A stretch of DNA of 64,000 bases from Candidatus Wolframiiraptor sinensis (GTDB lineage Archaea; Thermoproteota; Nitrososphaeria_A; Caldarchaeales; Wolframiiraptoraceae). Shown here in pieces: positions 39,623 to 48,783 of this stretch. The translations under genes and the position numbers were made by a program. How positions within the stretch are numbered: the first letter of the stretch is position 1; each line of letters opens with the position of its first letter. The notes below the pieces were generated by a model that made no database searches, had not been told where the DNA came from, and worked only from the letters and a program-made list of their open reading frames with translations. The stretch spans positions 27,725 through 91,724 of the forward strand of contig JALNKA010000003.1 in the NCBI GenBank assembly GCA_023261815.1, written 5' to 3'.

Positions 39623-40591
39623 ATGACTATGGCTCAAGTCTGGGTTTTCCGTGAATGGCTTCAAAGAAATCTCAACACGGTAATCCCTGTTGCCGGGTTT
39701 ATCGTGCTGATACTAGGGCTTAGGATAGCGAATCCCTACTTCCTAACCAGCTGGGATAGCTTGATAACCCTTATTTACGGAACATCATGGTTCCTGATCG
39801 CCGCGTGCGGATTAACCTTAGTAATACTGATGGGGTCGTTTGATTTCTCAGTGCCGAGCGTTTTAAAGCTCTCGGCAATGATTTTCGCCATACTTTACCC
39901 ATCTTTGGGATTCTCTTCGATTCTCGTCTCGGTTGCCGTGGGCTTAATTTTCGGATTCATTAATGGCACGCTGCTCGCGAGATTTAACATACCCTCCTTC
40001 ATGGCGACTCTGGCTACCTCGATGATGGCCGAAGGGCTAGCCCAAGTAATCTCGGGCGGCTATACTAGAATAATCACGGACCCCGCTTTCAGGGCCATTT
40101 CAACAACAATGATTCTTGGGCTGCCATCAATATTCTACTGGGCCATTCTCATATGGGCGGCATGCTTATTCCTAACATTCATGACGCCCTTCGGCCGAGC
40201 GATCTACGCTGTGGGCGGAAATATTGTTGGAGCGCGATTAGCGGGGATAAACGTTAAGATGGTGAGGACGGCGGTCTTCATGATATGCGCATTGCTGGCC
40301 AGCATAGCGGGGGTGCTTTATGCGTCGCAGATTCAGGGGGCTCACATGCAGGTTGGCGTTCTCGACATGATACCTTTATTCGCGAGCGTTGTGGTCGGAG
40401 GGACGGCGTTAACGGGGGGCGTGGGCGGCATTCATAGAACGCTGCTGGGAGTGTTGATAATCAGGTGGCTGGACTCGGGGTTAAGCATGCTCGCAATAGA
40501 TCTGAATGTTAGGATGATAATCTTCGGAGCGATCGCGATAACCATGGCGATACTAACAATAGATAGAAGAAGGATAAAGATAATGAAGTGA
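39623..40591 (+). CDS. Sugar ABC transporter permease (RbsC-like)
   Basis: IPSFMATL, GR.IYAVGGN..GARLAGI, VVGGT.L.GG.G. Confidence 0.92.
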   Translation: MTMAQVWVFREWLQRNLNTVIPVAGFIVLILGLRIANPYFLTSWDSLITLIYGTSWFLIAACGLTLVILMGSFDFSVPSVLKLSAMIFAILYPSLGFSSILVSVAVGLIFGFINGTLLARFNIPSFMATLATSMMAEGLAQVISGGYTRIITDPAFRAISTTMILGLPSIFYWAILIWAACLFLTFMTPFGRAIYAVGGNIVGARLAGINVKMVRTAVFMICALLASIAGVLYASQIQGAHMQVGVLDMIPLFASVVVGGTALTGGVGGIHRTLLGVLIIRWLDSGLSMLAIDLNVRMIIFGAIAITMAILTIDRRRIKIMK

Positions 40592-40721
40592 GCGCATCGA
40601 ATGGTTTATGTCACCCCATAGCCGGGGAGCAGCATTCATGTGCCTCGGATTAAAGTCGCGCAACAGCCAATAAAATGAGCCCGGTCAAGTTAAATTATGA
40701 GAGCGCTCTTCTTGGAGATGG

Positions 40722-41489
40722 ATGGCTGCTTGGATGAATGTGGTGATGATCGGGCCGGCTGGATGTGGGAAGACTTCCCTGACCGCCTCTTTCGGCAGAT
40801 GGCTTGAGCTGGAGCTCGGCGAGAAGCCGGCTTACGTGAACTTGGATCCCGGCGTCTTAAACCTCCCCTATGAGCCCGATTACGATGTTAGGTCTATCGT
40901 GAGAGTTGATGACTTGATGAGGAGGGATGGCCTTGGGCCGAATGGCGCGATGATCCGGGCCGTGGAGATAATCGAGGAGAGGCTGGATGAGGTGGTAATG
41001 GGCATCCATTCTCTGGGCGGGATGGGCTTCAGGCTCATCGACACACCGGGGCAGATGGAGCTCTTCCTCTTCAGGGAGATGGGGCCGAAGATAATTGAGA
41101 GGATCTCGGAGGCGTCGAGGGCCGTCGCGGTTTACATACTGGATCCATTCCTGGCCTCGAGCCTCTCGGGGCTCGCGGTCGGCGTTTCCATGTCCATAGT
41201 AACCAGGCTTAGGCTTAGGATACCGGTGATCTCCGCGATAAACAAGGCGGATCTAATAGACGTGAGCGAGTTAGAGAAGCTGCTGGCCGACGAGTCCGAG
41301 CTCGCGCGGAGGATAGCGTCCGAGGAGCACGGCCTCATCGCGGACCTATCAGCGAGATTCATGGAGCTCGTCAAGGAGTTCTCGAAGGCTATGAGGATCG
41401 CGAAGATCTCGGCGAAAACTGGGCAGGGAATGCGGGACCTATACAACCTGATAAGCGACGCCCTATGCGAGTGCGGGGACTTAACCTAG
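40722..41489 (+). CDS. GPN-loop GTPase
   Basis: GPAGCGKT, NLDP, LGPNG, DTPGQME, NKAD, SAK. Confidence 0.93.
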   Translation: MAAWMNVVMIGPAGCGKTSLTASFGRWLELELGEKPAYVNLDPGVLNLPYEPDYDVRSIVRVDDLMRRDGLGPNGAMIRAVEIIEERLDEVVMGIHSLGGMGFRLIDTPGQMELFLFREMGPKIIERISEASRAVAVYILDPFLASSLSGLAVGVSMSIVTRLRLRIPVISAINKADLIDVSELEKLLADESELARRIASEEHGLIADLSARFMELVKEFSKAMRIAKISAKTGQGMRDLYNLISDALCECGDLT

Positions 41490-41534
41490 AAGAAAAGGAA
41501 GCCTGAAATAAGAGGCCCAGCAGTACGATATAAT

Positions 41535-41842
41535 GGGGCGAGCGGCGGGGCGGGCCACGGGGAAATCCCGAGGAAGTTCCTCCCCCAAGGCCGGGAGGCG
41601 CGCGGTGCCGCGAGGCACCGGGGGAGACCCCGGGCAACGCCGCAGAAACGAGACCTCCCGCGCTCGATGAGAATGACTCGGCGCCGGGAAGCCGATGAGC
41701 GAGGGCGTGGGATCGGGTGAAACGGGCGACCCGCGCGGGGAAAGGGAGAGGAGCCGGTGAGCATGCCTCCCGGCGAGGCTCCTCGAGCCGACTAGACGAA
41801 TCCCGCCTAAACACAGAAGGAGGGCTACCGCCGCACGCCCCC
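41535..41842 (+). ncRNA. rnpB: RNase P RNA
   Basis: GAGGAAGTTC (CR-I), CAGAAAC, TGAAAC, ACAGAAG (CR-V); complementary ends GGGGCG.GCGGCGG / CCGCCGC.CGCCCC. Confidence 0.92.
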
Positions 41843-41930
41843 AAAATACTTAGGAATACCAACATCTCTGTGAGGTCTATGCGAGAGCTTTTTTCGGGTG
41901 TAAATTAATTAAGCGTGATTGTTTGGGTGA

Positions 41931-42125
41931 TTGTGGATGGAGCCGGAGGTGGATGAGGCGACGCTCGCGCTCGGCGAATTGGCGGGTAGAAGGTTCAATG
42001 AGTATAATGAGGAGACGAGCTTCGGCTTCAGAGTCAGGCTTGAGAAGCTCTTGGCCGAAGGTCTGAGGGATGTTAGAGTTAGGATGATCTCGAGAGATCT
42101 GGACGTGGTGGAGATCCTTGATTGA
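41931..42125 (+). CDS. Small hypothetical protein
   Basis: 64-aa ORF overlapping the next gene's start. Confidence 0.4.
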   Translation: MWMEPEVDEATLALGELAGRRFNEYNEETSFGFRVRLEKLLAEGLRDVRVRMISRDLDVVEILD

Positions 42126-42783
42126 AGAGTTTAAGAGGGCTGTCGAGGAGGCTAAAAGGCTCCGCTATCCATACAATCACATGCGGATTCTCGCTTATAT
42201 TGCGACGCGCATTCTCGGAAATTCCTCCGAGATAAAGATCGTGAGGGGCTTGGCCGCGGCATATTATACAAATGGATACTGCTCAACGGCCGAGGCGGAC
42301 ATTTACGCCCCGAAGCTCGCCGATAACCCGGAGCTACTCAAAAAGCTGGGGTTCAAGCAGCATAGAGAATATGCCAGGTCGCCGTGGATCTTGGAGGAGA
42401 CCGATACCGTGCTGGATTTCGTCGGCCTAGATATACCATTCAGGTTTATCGAGGTCGAGATCGGCGGTGATAGAGTCCAAGTAATGTCTCCTGAAGATGC
42501 TCTAGCGTACTACATCGCCGAGATTGTGCATTGGGGCGCTTCCAAGGAGGCGGTTCAAAGGGCGAATATGATCTTCATGGCCCAGAAGGTCAGAATCGGC
42601 GAAATGGAGCTGAGAGATGCGCTGAGGCGCATGAATGCTTACGAGAGCCTCAGAAGAAATCCTCCGAGCGCCCTCAAGGGCAAATTATCAAACGAGCTGA
42701 TTAAGCTCCTCGAAAGTGCCCTAAAGCAGGATCCCAGCATTTTTCAAAGGGATAGCGAGGGCCTCAGTCATCGTGATTATTAA
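42118..42783 (+). CDS. Nucleotidyltransferase-fold-like protein with degenerate motif
   Basis: VRGLAAAYYT....T.EADI resembles GG.A..Y...T.D.D; also SPED. Confidence 0.5.
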   Translation: MIEEFKRAVEEAKRLRYPYNHMRILAYIATRILGNSSEIKIVRGLAAAYYTNGYCSTAEADIYAPKLADNPELLKKLGFKQHREYARSPWILEETDTVLDFVGLDIPFRFIEVEIGGDRVQVMSPEDALAYYIAEIVHWGASKEAVQRANMIFMAQKVRIGEMELRDALRRMNAYESLRRNPPSALKGKLSNELIKLLESALKQDPSIFQRDSEGLSHRDY

Positions 42784-42807
42784 TGCCTGGATACGGGTAA
42801 TTCTTGG

Positions 42808-43212
42808 GTGATGAGCTTGGTTGAGAGGAGTAAGGATTGGATTAGGCAGGCGAAAAGAGATCTCGAGGCGGCTGAGCATCAGCTTGCCGGGGGTTTTTAT
42901 GAGTGGGCTTGCTTCCTGGCGCAGCAGGCCGCGGAGAAGGCTGTGAAAGCCGTCTTTCAGAAGCTCGGAGCGGAGGCTTTCGGCCATTCCGTCGCCGGAT
43001 TATTATCATCTCTACCTGAGGAGCTTAGGCCCGGCGAGGACCTCATGGACCTCGCGAAGGAGCTCGATAAAGCATACATACCCACCAGGTATCCTAATGC
43101 TCATCCCGAGGGAGCTCCATGCGAGCTTTATACGAGGGCTGAGGCGGAGAGGTTGATAGGGTATGCGGGGAGGATCATCGAGCTCTGTGAGAATCTACTA
43201 TCCAAGATTTAG
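42808..43212 (+). CDS. HEPN domain protein (toxin)
   Basis: W..QA.RDL, ACFLAQQAAEKAVKA, GHS, Y..TRYPNAH. Confidence 0.92.
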   Translation: MMSLVERSKDWIRQAKRDLEAAEHQLAGGFYEWACFLAQQAAEKAVKAVFQKLGAEAFGHSVAGLLSSLPEELRPGEDLMDLAKELDKAYIPTRYPNAHPEGAPCELYTRAEAERLIGYAGRIIELCENLLSKI

Positions 43213-43531
43213 TAGGGAGGAGCTTGTCGAAAAGCTGAGGCGCTGCGCCGAGGAGATCTCGGAGAATATTCCGCTGAAGCTCATGGTGCTCTTCGGATCC
43301 TATGCGTCTGGGAAGCAGACGGCGGCGAGCGACATAGACTTGCTCATAGTTTACCGCGGATCCAAGAGAGATGATGCATATAGCATCTGCTGGGACACGC
43401 TCGGCCTCCCGAATGCCGAGATCCACATCTACTCGGAGGAGGAGTATGCTAGGCTCAGGAGATCCGGATCATCATTCATAAGAGGGGCGGAGGAAAGGGG
43501 GATAATCATATGGGGTAGCCCGGATGAATAG
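43163..43531 (+). CDS. Minimal nucleotidyltransferase (MNT antitoxin)
   Basis: LFGSYA.G....SDIDLL. Confidence 0.9.
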   Translation: MRGGSSSSVRIYYPRFSREELVEKLRRCAEEISENIPLKLMVLFGSYASGKQTAASDIDLLIVYRGSKRDDAYSICWDTLGLPNAEIHIYSEEEYARLRRSGSSFIRGAEERGIIIWGSPDE

Positions 43532-43580
43532 CGCGTGATTTCTTTCGGGAAGCCTTTTAGCCGGGATCAGCACGCTCATA

Positions 43581-44114
43581 ATGGATCCTAGGATGCTTAA
43601 GAGGGGTCTCGAGGAAATTCGGGAGCCGTATAGGAGCATCGTGGCCAAGCTTCTCGAGGGTCTGCTGGATAGATTCGGCGAAAGGCTCATCTCGCTGATC
43701 GTCTATGGTAGCGTCGCTAGGGGTGATTTCAGGGCTGACAGCGACCTAGATCTATTGATCGTTATTGATGGCCTTCCGAGATCCAGGCTCGAGAGGCAGA
43801 GGATGCTACTGGAGGTCGAAGAGGAGTCGAGCTTGAGGAGCTTCCTGGAGGATCTTTGGAATAGGGGCGTCAACGTCGACCTATCGCCGATAATCATAAC
43901 TCCAGCCGAGGCCTCGAGGATTAGGCCGATCTACCTCGACATGGTCGAGGACTCGATAATAGTGCATGATAAAGATGGTTTCTTCGAGAGAATTCTCGAG
44001 AGACTTAGAGATGCGCTGGAGAGGCTGGGCGCCGAGAGGATCTGGGTCGGAAGGAAGTGGTATTGGAGGCTGAAGAAGGACTACAGGCCCGGGGAAGTGA
44101 TAGAGATTGAATAA
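43581..44114 (+). CDS. Minimal nucleotidyltransferase (MNT)
   Basis: YGSVARG....SDLDLL; WYW.LK tail. Confidence 0.9.
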   Translation: MDPRMLKRGLEEIREPYRSIVAKLLEGLLDRFGERLISLIVYGSVARGDFRADSDLDLLIVIDGLPRSRLERQRMLLEVEEESSLRSFLEDLWNRGVNVDLSPIIITPAEASRIRPIYLDMVEDSIIVHDKDGFFERILERLRDALERLGAERIWVGRKWYWRLKKDYRPGEVIEIE

Positions 44115-44532
44115 CCTGGACATGGCGAGATCATATCTCAGGCAGGCCGAGGAGAGGGTGAAGCGGGCGTCTCAAGCTCTAGAGGATGGGAACTACGCGT
44201 ACGTGGTTAGGCAGTCTCAGGAGGCTGTGGAGCTCTCGCTCAAAGCATGCCTCAGAATCGTGGGCGTGGAGCCTCCCAAGTGGCATGATGTCGGGCCGGT
44301 ATTAAGGCGCGAGAGGGAGAAATTTCCGGAATGGTTCAGGAACTCCATAGATTATCTGGCGATGATCTCGAGAACCCTCAGGCGAGAGCGCGAGGCCTCA
44401 ATGTATGGGGATGAGGAGACGGGCACGCCCCCCGACCAGTTATACTCTCGCCTCGACGCAGAGCAGGCACTAGAATACGCGCGAGAAGCCCACTCAAAAG
44501 CAAAGAAACTCTATGAAGAATATTGCACATGA
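44107..44532 (+). CDS. HEPN domain protein
   Basis: SQEAVEL.LKA.LR..G.EPPKWHDV, R.RE...YGDE. Confidence 0.9.
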   Translation: MNNLDMARSYLRQAEERVKRASQALEDGNYAYVVRQSQEAVELSLKACLRIVGVEPPKWHDVGPVLRREREKFPEWFRNSIDYLAMISRTLRREREASMYGDEETGTPPDQLYSRLDAEQALEYAREAHSKAKKLYEEYCT

Positions 44533-44558
44533 GTTTCATATTGAGGCGGTTATCACGG

Positions 44559-45548
44559 CTATGGTATTCCTGCATTAGCTCTTACTCCAGCCTCAGCCAG
44601 CCTGCTCCCGCTCGTCGCGTTCAGGACCTTGAACCAGATGAAGCACTCTGAGCCGGTATTCCAGAATGACGGTTGTTGAGCACTTATTGTAATCGGCGTT
44701 ATCACGGTTGCCCTGGTCCTTGCGTTGAATGTCATGGTTATAGGCCCAGGAGTCCTAATCCACTCCTCGCTCGTCGTAATAGTCTCAGTCGTTAAACTAG
44801 CATTAACGATGACTATAGACACATCCTCAGCAGCAACAATGATGTTAACAAGCTCCCATGCGTTGCAACGGCCGGCAGGACCTGGCTCCGCGCATACATA
44901 TCTCCTGATTACTTGACCTCCTCCGGCAATCGTTGTCGTGCTATATGTTATGCTGGCGATATTTGTTCTGGTGGTCGTGGTGGTCATTCTGCATCCGCTG
45001 GGATCTGCGACCACCAGTATTACCCCCTGCTCGGGCGTCTCAAGGAGAATTGCTTTCAGCTTCAGGGTTACGACCGCTGATCCCCCGCGTCCGAGGCTTA
45101 TGCTGGATGGTTCTGCCTCGATCTCGAATTTGTATCCGCCTGGCACCGCCCTGAACATGTTCCCCCTCTCGGTCATCACGTATAGCTCTCCTCTTGGGAA
45201 GGAGATGCCTCCCTGACCATCTTTCAGCGCGATGCTGGCCCCAACCGGGACCGGTATGGGGCTGGGCGGCTCCCGGATGTCCGCGACTCCGCCAGAGCTA
45301 TCCAGCCCCACGAGATACTTTATCACGACGCCTATCCCGCCCGTATTATTCACGAGAACCTCCCCGCTCCTCCTATCCAAGATCACCTCGAGATTCTCCT
45401 GAGCCGCCTCAGCATAGATCCTCTGAGCCTCCGAGGCCGAGAGATTATACTGCGTCAAGTAGAGGTAATATGAGATGAAGATCAAGGAGAGGATGCTAAC
45501 CGCGATAAAAGTCATGAACATGACGGAGATGCCGGCCCTAGACTTCAT
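44559..45548 (-). CDS. Prepilin-like surface protein
   Basis: KSRAG|ISV class III-like signal followed by a TM helix; NTGG, TERGN.F; Thr-rich C-terminal domain. Confidence 0.6.
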   Translation of the reverse strand: MKSRAGISVMFMTFIAVSILSLIFISYYLYLTQYNLSASEAQRIYAEAAQENLEVILDRRSGEVLVNNTGGIGVVIKYLVGLDSSGGVADIREPPSPIPVPVGASIALKDGQGGISFPRGELYVMTERGNMFRAVPGGYKFEIEAEPSSISLGRGGSAVVTLKLKAILLETPEQGVILVVADPSGCRMTTTTTRTNIASITYSTTTIAGGGQVIRRYVCAEPGPAGRCNAWELVNIIVAAEDVSIVIVNASLTTETITTSEEWIRTPGPITMTFNARTRATVITPITISAQQPSFWNTGSECFIWFKVLNATSGSRLAEAGVRANAGIP

Positions 45549-45662
45549 CTAGGAAAACGCTCCCAAAAAGAGCCTAATATCCTTTATTCCGCACGGCTCA
45601 GGACCTCATTTCTCAATGAATTCCGGAAAGGTCCGTGATTGATAGCCATCTGGGGGTGGAGA

Positions 45663-47654
45663 TCATGTGATCCTAAGCTCTAAGGTCGCTTCGCGGTAAA
45701 TGCCATTCTGATCTGTCCCCCTTATAGTCACATAATAGGTGCCTGCTTGAGCATTCTGCCGAACAGTGATCGTGAGAGTGCTTGTTACGGACCCGTCGGG
45801 CAGAACGACTACCGGGTTGGGTCCGAATGCAAATGCTGTGCGCCGTGGCATATTAAATGCTCCTAATGTGATGGTGCCCGAGTAGCCCGCGATGGAGTTT
45901 ATGGTCACGGTTACGGTTCCTCTACTGCCTCTAGGTATAGTTATGCTGTTCGGGTTGAGGCTTATGCTGAAGTCCGAGACCTTGACCTCGAGAGGGGCGG
46001 TCTTGGAGTAGCCGGTATCCGGATCCCTCACCTCCACCTCGACGGTAAATACTCCTCCCATCCCGCTCGCTTGAATCACTAGCTGAGCGGATGTCTGCCC
46101 ATTTTTCGGCAGGTATCGCTGAGTTGGGTTTATGCTGCATGTGAGTTGGCTTGGGCAGCTCGCGATCCTGAACTCGACATATCCCTCATAGTTGCTTGAG
46201 GTTACTATGAGGTTTGATGAGCCCTGCCTTCCTACTAGGATCGTTATGCTAGCCGGGTTGAAGTATGCCTGGAAGTCGGCTCCCATGACCGTGAATGCAT
46301 CGCTTACAGAGACCCCCTCATCATCGGTGCCTGTTACCGCGATCATGGTATCAACCGCGCGGCTTATTTTGAAGCTGAAGATCGCGCGCTTCACATCGCC
46401 AGCATCCAAGCATACGGGGTTTTGATCGAACTCGGCGTCGGAGATGCCGTCCGATGGCTCCGCCGAGTAGCTTAGCGTTATGCATCCAGAGTAGCCGCCT
46501 GCGCTCCGGAGCTCGATGATGGCGCTCGCCCGCCCCCCGACGAAGCCCTTGACCCGATCCTCTAAAACGTCTAATGTGAAGTATTGGACTTTGATCCTCA
46601 GCTCCAAGCTCTTACCATGGCCCGTTTCAACGTCCTCAACCCTGATTCCAACGGTGTATTCCCCGGCAGGCACGCCGCCCGGAACGCCCACCCCAACCTG
46701 GGCGCTCGAGACCCCATTCTTCTCCAGCTCCACCTCATCCGGGCTCACCCAGCATGAGCCCTGCCAGGGACAATCTGTTACCAGTATTTTTAGCCGGCCC
46801 AGATAGTTGGCCGATGTTATCATCAGATTGCTGATGCGCGTCTGACCGGGAATCAGCTCGAGGGCGTCCGGATCTAGGCTCAGGTGGAAGTCCCCTACTA
46901 TTATGCTCAAGTATGCCTCGCTGGATTGCCCAGACCTCTCATCAATCACCATGATTTCTACGCCGTATGCGCCCTCGGATAAGCCGGTTACCGTTAATCT
47001 CACAGTAACCTCATCATTCTTTCCGAGATAAACTCTATCCGCGCTTAGTTCGCATAGCAGGGCATCGGGGCATGCGGCGCTCACGCTCAGCCAGCCCTCA
47101 TACCCCTCGGATGCGAGGATTATGTTGATCGAGCCGGATCCGGCCACCTTGATCTCGAGTATCCTCTCGCTTACGCCGATCGAGAAGGCTCCCAGCTCCT
47201 CTTCCTCCGGCCCCTCTCCGCCCCCGCCGCCCTCGCTGATCCTCGGGCCGAGCGGCCCCAGCAAGATCGTATAGCTCTGCGTGCTGCCATCTTGGAATAT
47301 CACTGTTACCGACAAGATGCGGTTACTCAGGGGGTTGGGTATGTTCTCCGCGAGGCCGTAAACCCCGCCCGGGGATATGGTTAAGCCTGTTTTCTCGATA
47401 CTCACCCCATCGCCCGCGATCCTGATCCCGGTTATGGGAACATTGCCGGCATTCTTGATATTGATTACCAGCGTTGCCCCGGATCCCCCGCGAACCAAGT
47501 CCACGTATTCTATGAGGGCCGCGGGCCTATGAGAAAGGCTCGCCGAATACCCGAAATAAAGCTGAGAAATAAGAATACCCGCAACAATCACAACTAAGAT
47601 CCCGATCAATATTGCCAAGAGAGGCGACAAGCCGCGGCGAAACTCGGAGATCAA
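45663..47654 (-). CDS. Large pilin-adhesin: pilin N-domain plus ~5 Ig-like repeats
   Basis: RRG|LSPLLAILI signal; IKNAGNVPI; repeated DF.ISL.P.S....G / GY.G / Cys pairs (CPDALLC, CPWQGSC, CPSQLTC). Confidence 0.75.
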   Translation of the reverse strand: MISEFRRGLSPLLAILIGILVVIVAGILISQLYFGYSASLSHRPAALIEYVDLVRGGSGATLVINIKNAGNVPITGIRIAGDGVSIEKTGLTISPGGVYGLAENIPNPLSNRILSVTVIFQDGSTQSYTILLGPLGPRISEGGGGGEGPEEEELGAFSIGVSERILEIKVAGSGSINIILASEGYEGWLSVSAACPDALLCELSADRVYLGKNDEVTVRLTVTGLSEGAYGVEIMVIDERSGQSSEAYLSIIVGDFHLSLDPDALELIPGQTRISNLMITSANYLGRLKILVTDCPWQGSCWVSPDEVELEKNGVSSAQVGVGVPGGVPAGEYTVGIRVEDVETGHGKSLELRIKVQYFTLDVLEDRVKGFVGGRASAIIELRSAGGYSGCITLSYSAEPSDGISDAEFDQNPVCLDAGDVKRAIFSFKISRAVDTMIAVTGTDDEGVSVSDAFTVMGADFQAYFNPASITILVGRQGSSNLIVTSSNYEGYVEFRIASCPSQLTCSINPTQRYLPKNGQTSAQLVIQASGMGGVFTVEVEVRDPDTGYSKTAPLEVKVSDFSISLNPNSITIPRGSRGTVTVTINSIAGYSGTITLGAFNMPRRTAFAFGPNPVVVLPDGSVTSTLTITVRQNAQAGTYYVTIRGTDQNGIYREATLELRIT

Positions 47655-47756
47655 GCCTCAAAAGAATAGACCGAAAAACTCTCAAATAAATTTAGACTAA
47701 TTGGCCAGATAAAAAAAGGGAGTTATTCCGGAGTATTTTCTTAGGAATTATGGGAA

Positions 47757-48203
47757 TTATGCGCTTCTAGCTCTCACCGAAAAGGCGTAGACCTGACTAC
47801 TATCAGCATTTCCATCTCCATCGACATCAAAGTTAATCATAACGCTGCCCACAACAGTAGTTCCTGGTTGCCTGGGTTGTGGCAATGGTGCACTACAACC
47901 TCCTACCCCTCCAACCGGAATATTACCAATGTTACAGTTGGGTAGTTGCATATTATCTGCTGTGACACTACCTCCGATGATGGGGACGTTTCCCATGTTC
48001 TTTATGCTTATTGCGAGTATGCTCGTCGTGCCGTCGGTCACCACGTCAACGTATTCTATGTTTGCCGCCGGCCTTATTGACATCGTTGATGCGTAGCTGA
48101 AGTATAGCTGTGCTAGTAGTATTCCGGCGACGATGGTCACGACGAGGCCGATGATTATGGCCAGCAGCGGCGATAACCCCTTCCTCGAAGCTCTTCCGCT
48201 CAT
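47757..48203 (-). CDS. Archaeal type IV pilin
   Basis: RKG|LSPLLAIII class III signal peptide; IKNMGNVPI. Confidence 0.85.
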   Translation of the reverse strand: MSGRASRKGLSPLLAIIIGLVVTIVAGILLAQLYFSYASTMSIRPAANIEYVDVVTDGTTSILAISIKNMGNVPIIGGSVTADNMQLPNCNIGNIPVGGVGGCSAPLPQPRQPGTTVVGSVMINFDVDGDGNADSSQVYAFSVRARSA

Positions 48204-48414
48204 GCTCTCGTGAAAATGGCTCGGATGATCGCTCTATATAATTTTTCGCCCCAGCCCGCGGCGAGATCATCAGAAAATGATCTGGTTTAGAGCGAGATCC
48301 CCGTGGTCCTTTCCTTTTCCGAGTTTTTGGCCACGGGGGATGAATACCCGCCCCGGAAGCCCATGCGCAAGCCTTATCTAAGCTCATTTCAAGCTTTAGG
48401 GCTAGGGAGGGGTT

Positions 48415-48783
48415 TTGGTCGAGGAATACGTGAGCCCGGATCTCGTCAAGAGCGCCTTCAGGGGCGCGATGAGATCGGTCTTCGGCGAGAACGGCTCAAG
48501 GATCCTCGAGCTCCACCTCAGGAGATTTCTCGGAAAAGATCCCTACAAGGCCCTCTACGAGGATCCAAGGCTCTTCTGCGACGGGTTAAGATCATTCTTC
48601 GGGCCCGGCGCCAAGGGCCTCCTCACGGTGCTCGCGAAGACCCTGATAAGGGAAAGCGGCGTGCAGGGGCTGACGCCGGATCAAGTTATCGAGCTCCTCG
48701 AGAACGGCGATCAGGAGCTCAAGATCCATTTCTTCGCAATCCTTTGCTCCTCTCATCGTAGAGCTGGAGGTGCTGAGACATGA
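48415..48783 (+). CDS. Small helical protein coupled to the KaiC-like ATPase
   Basis: ATGA overlap with the next gene; VFGE.G..IL and DP..F...L...FG.GA pattern. Confidence 0.6.
   Translation: MVEEYVSPDLVKSAFRGAMRSVFGENGSRILELHLRRFLGKDPYKALYEDPRLFCDGLRSFFGPGAKGLLTVLAKTLIRESGVQGLTPDQVIELLENGDQELKIHFFAILCSSHRRAGGAET

Noticed and set aside
41389-41908. ORFs of 158, 92 and 63 aa
   Set aside because: They overlap the RNase P RNA; low-complexity GC-driven translations
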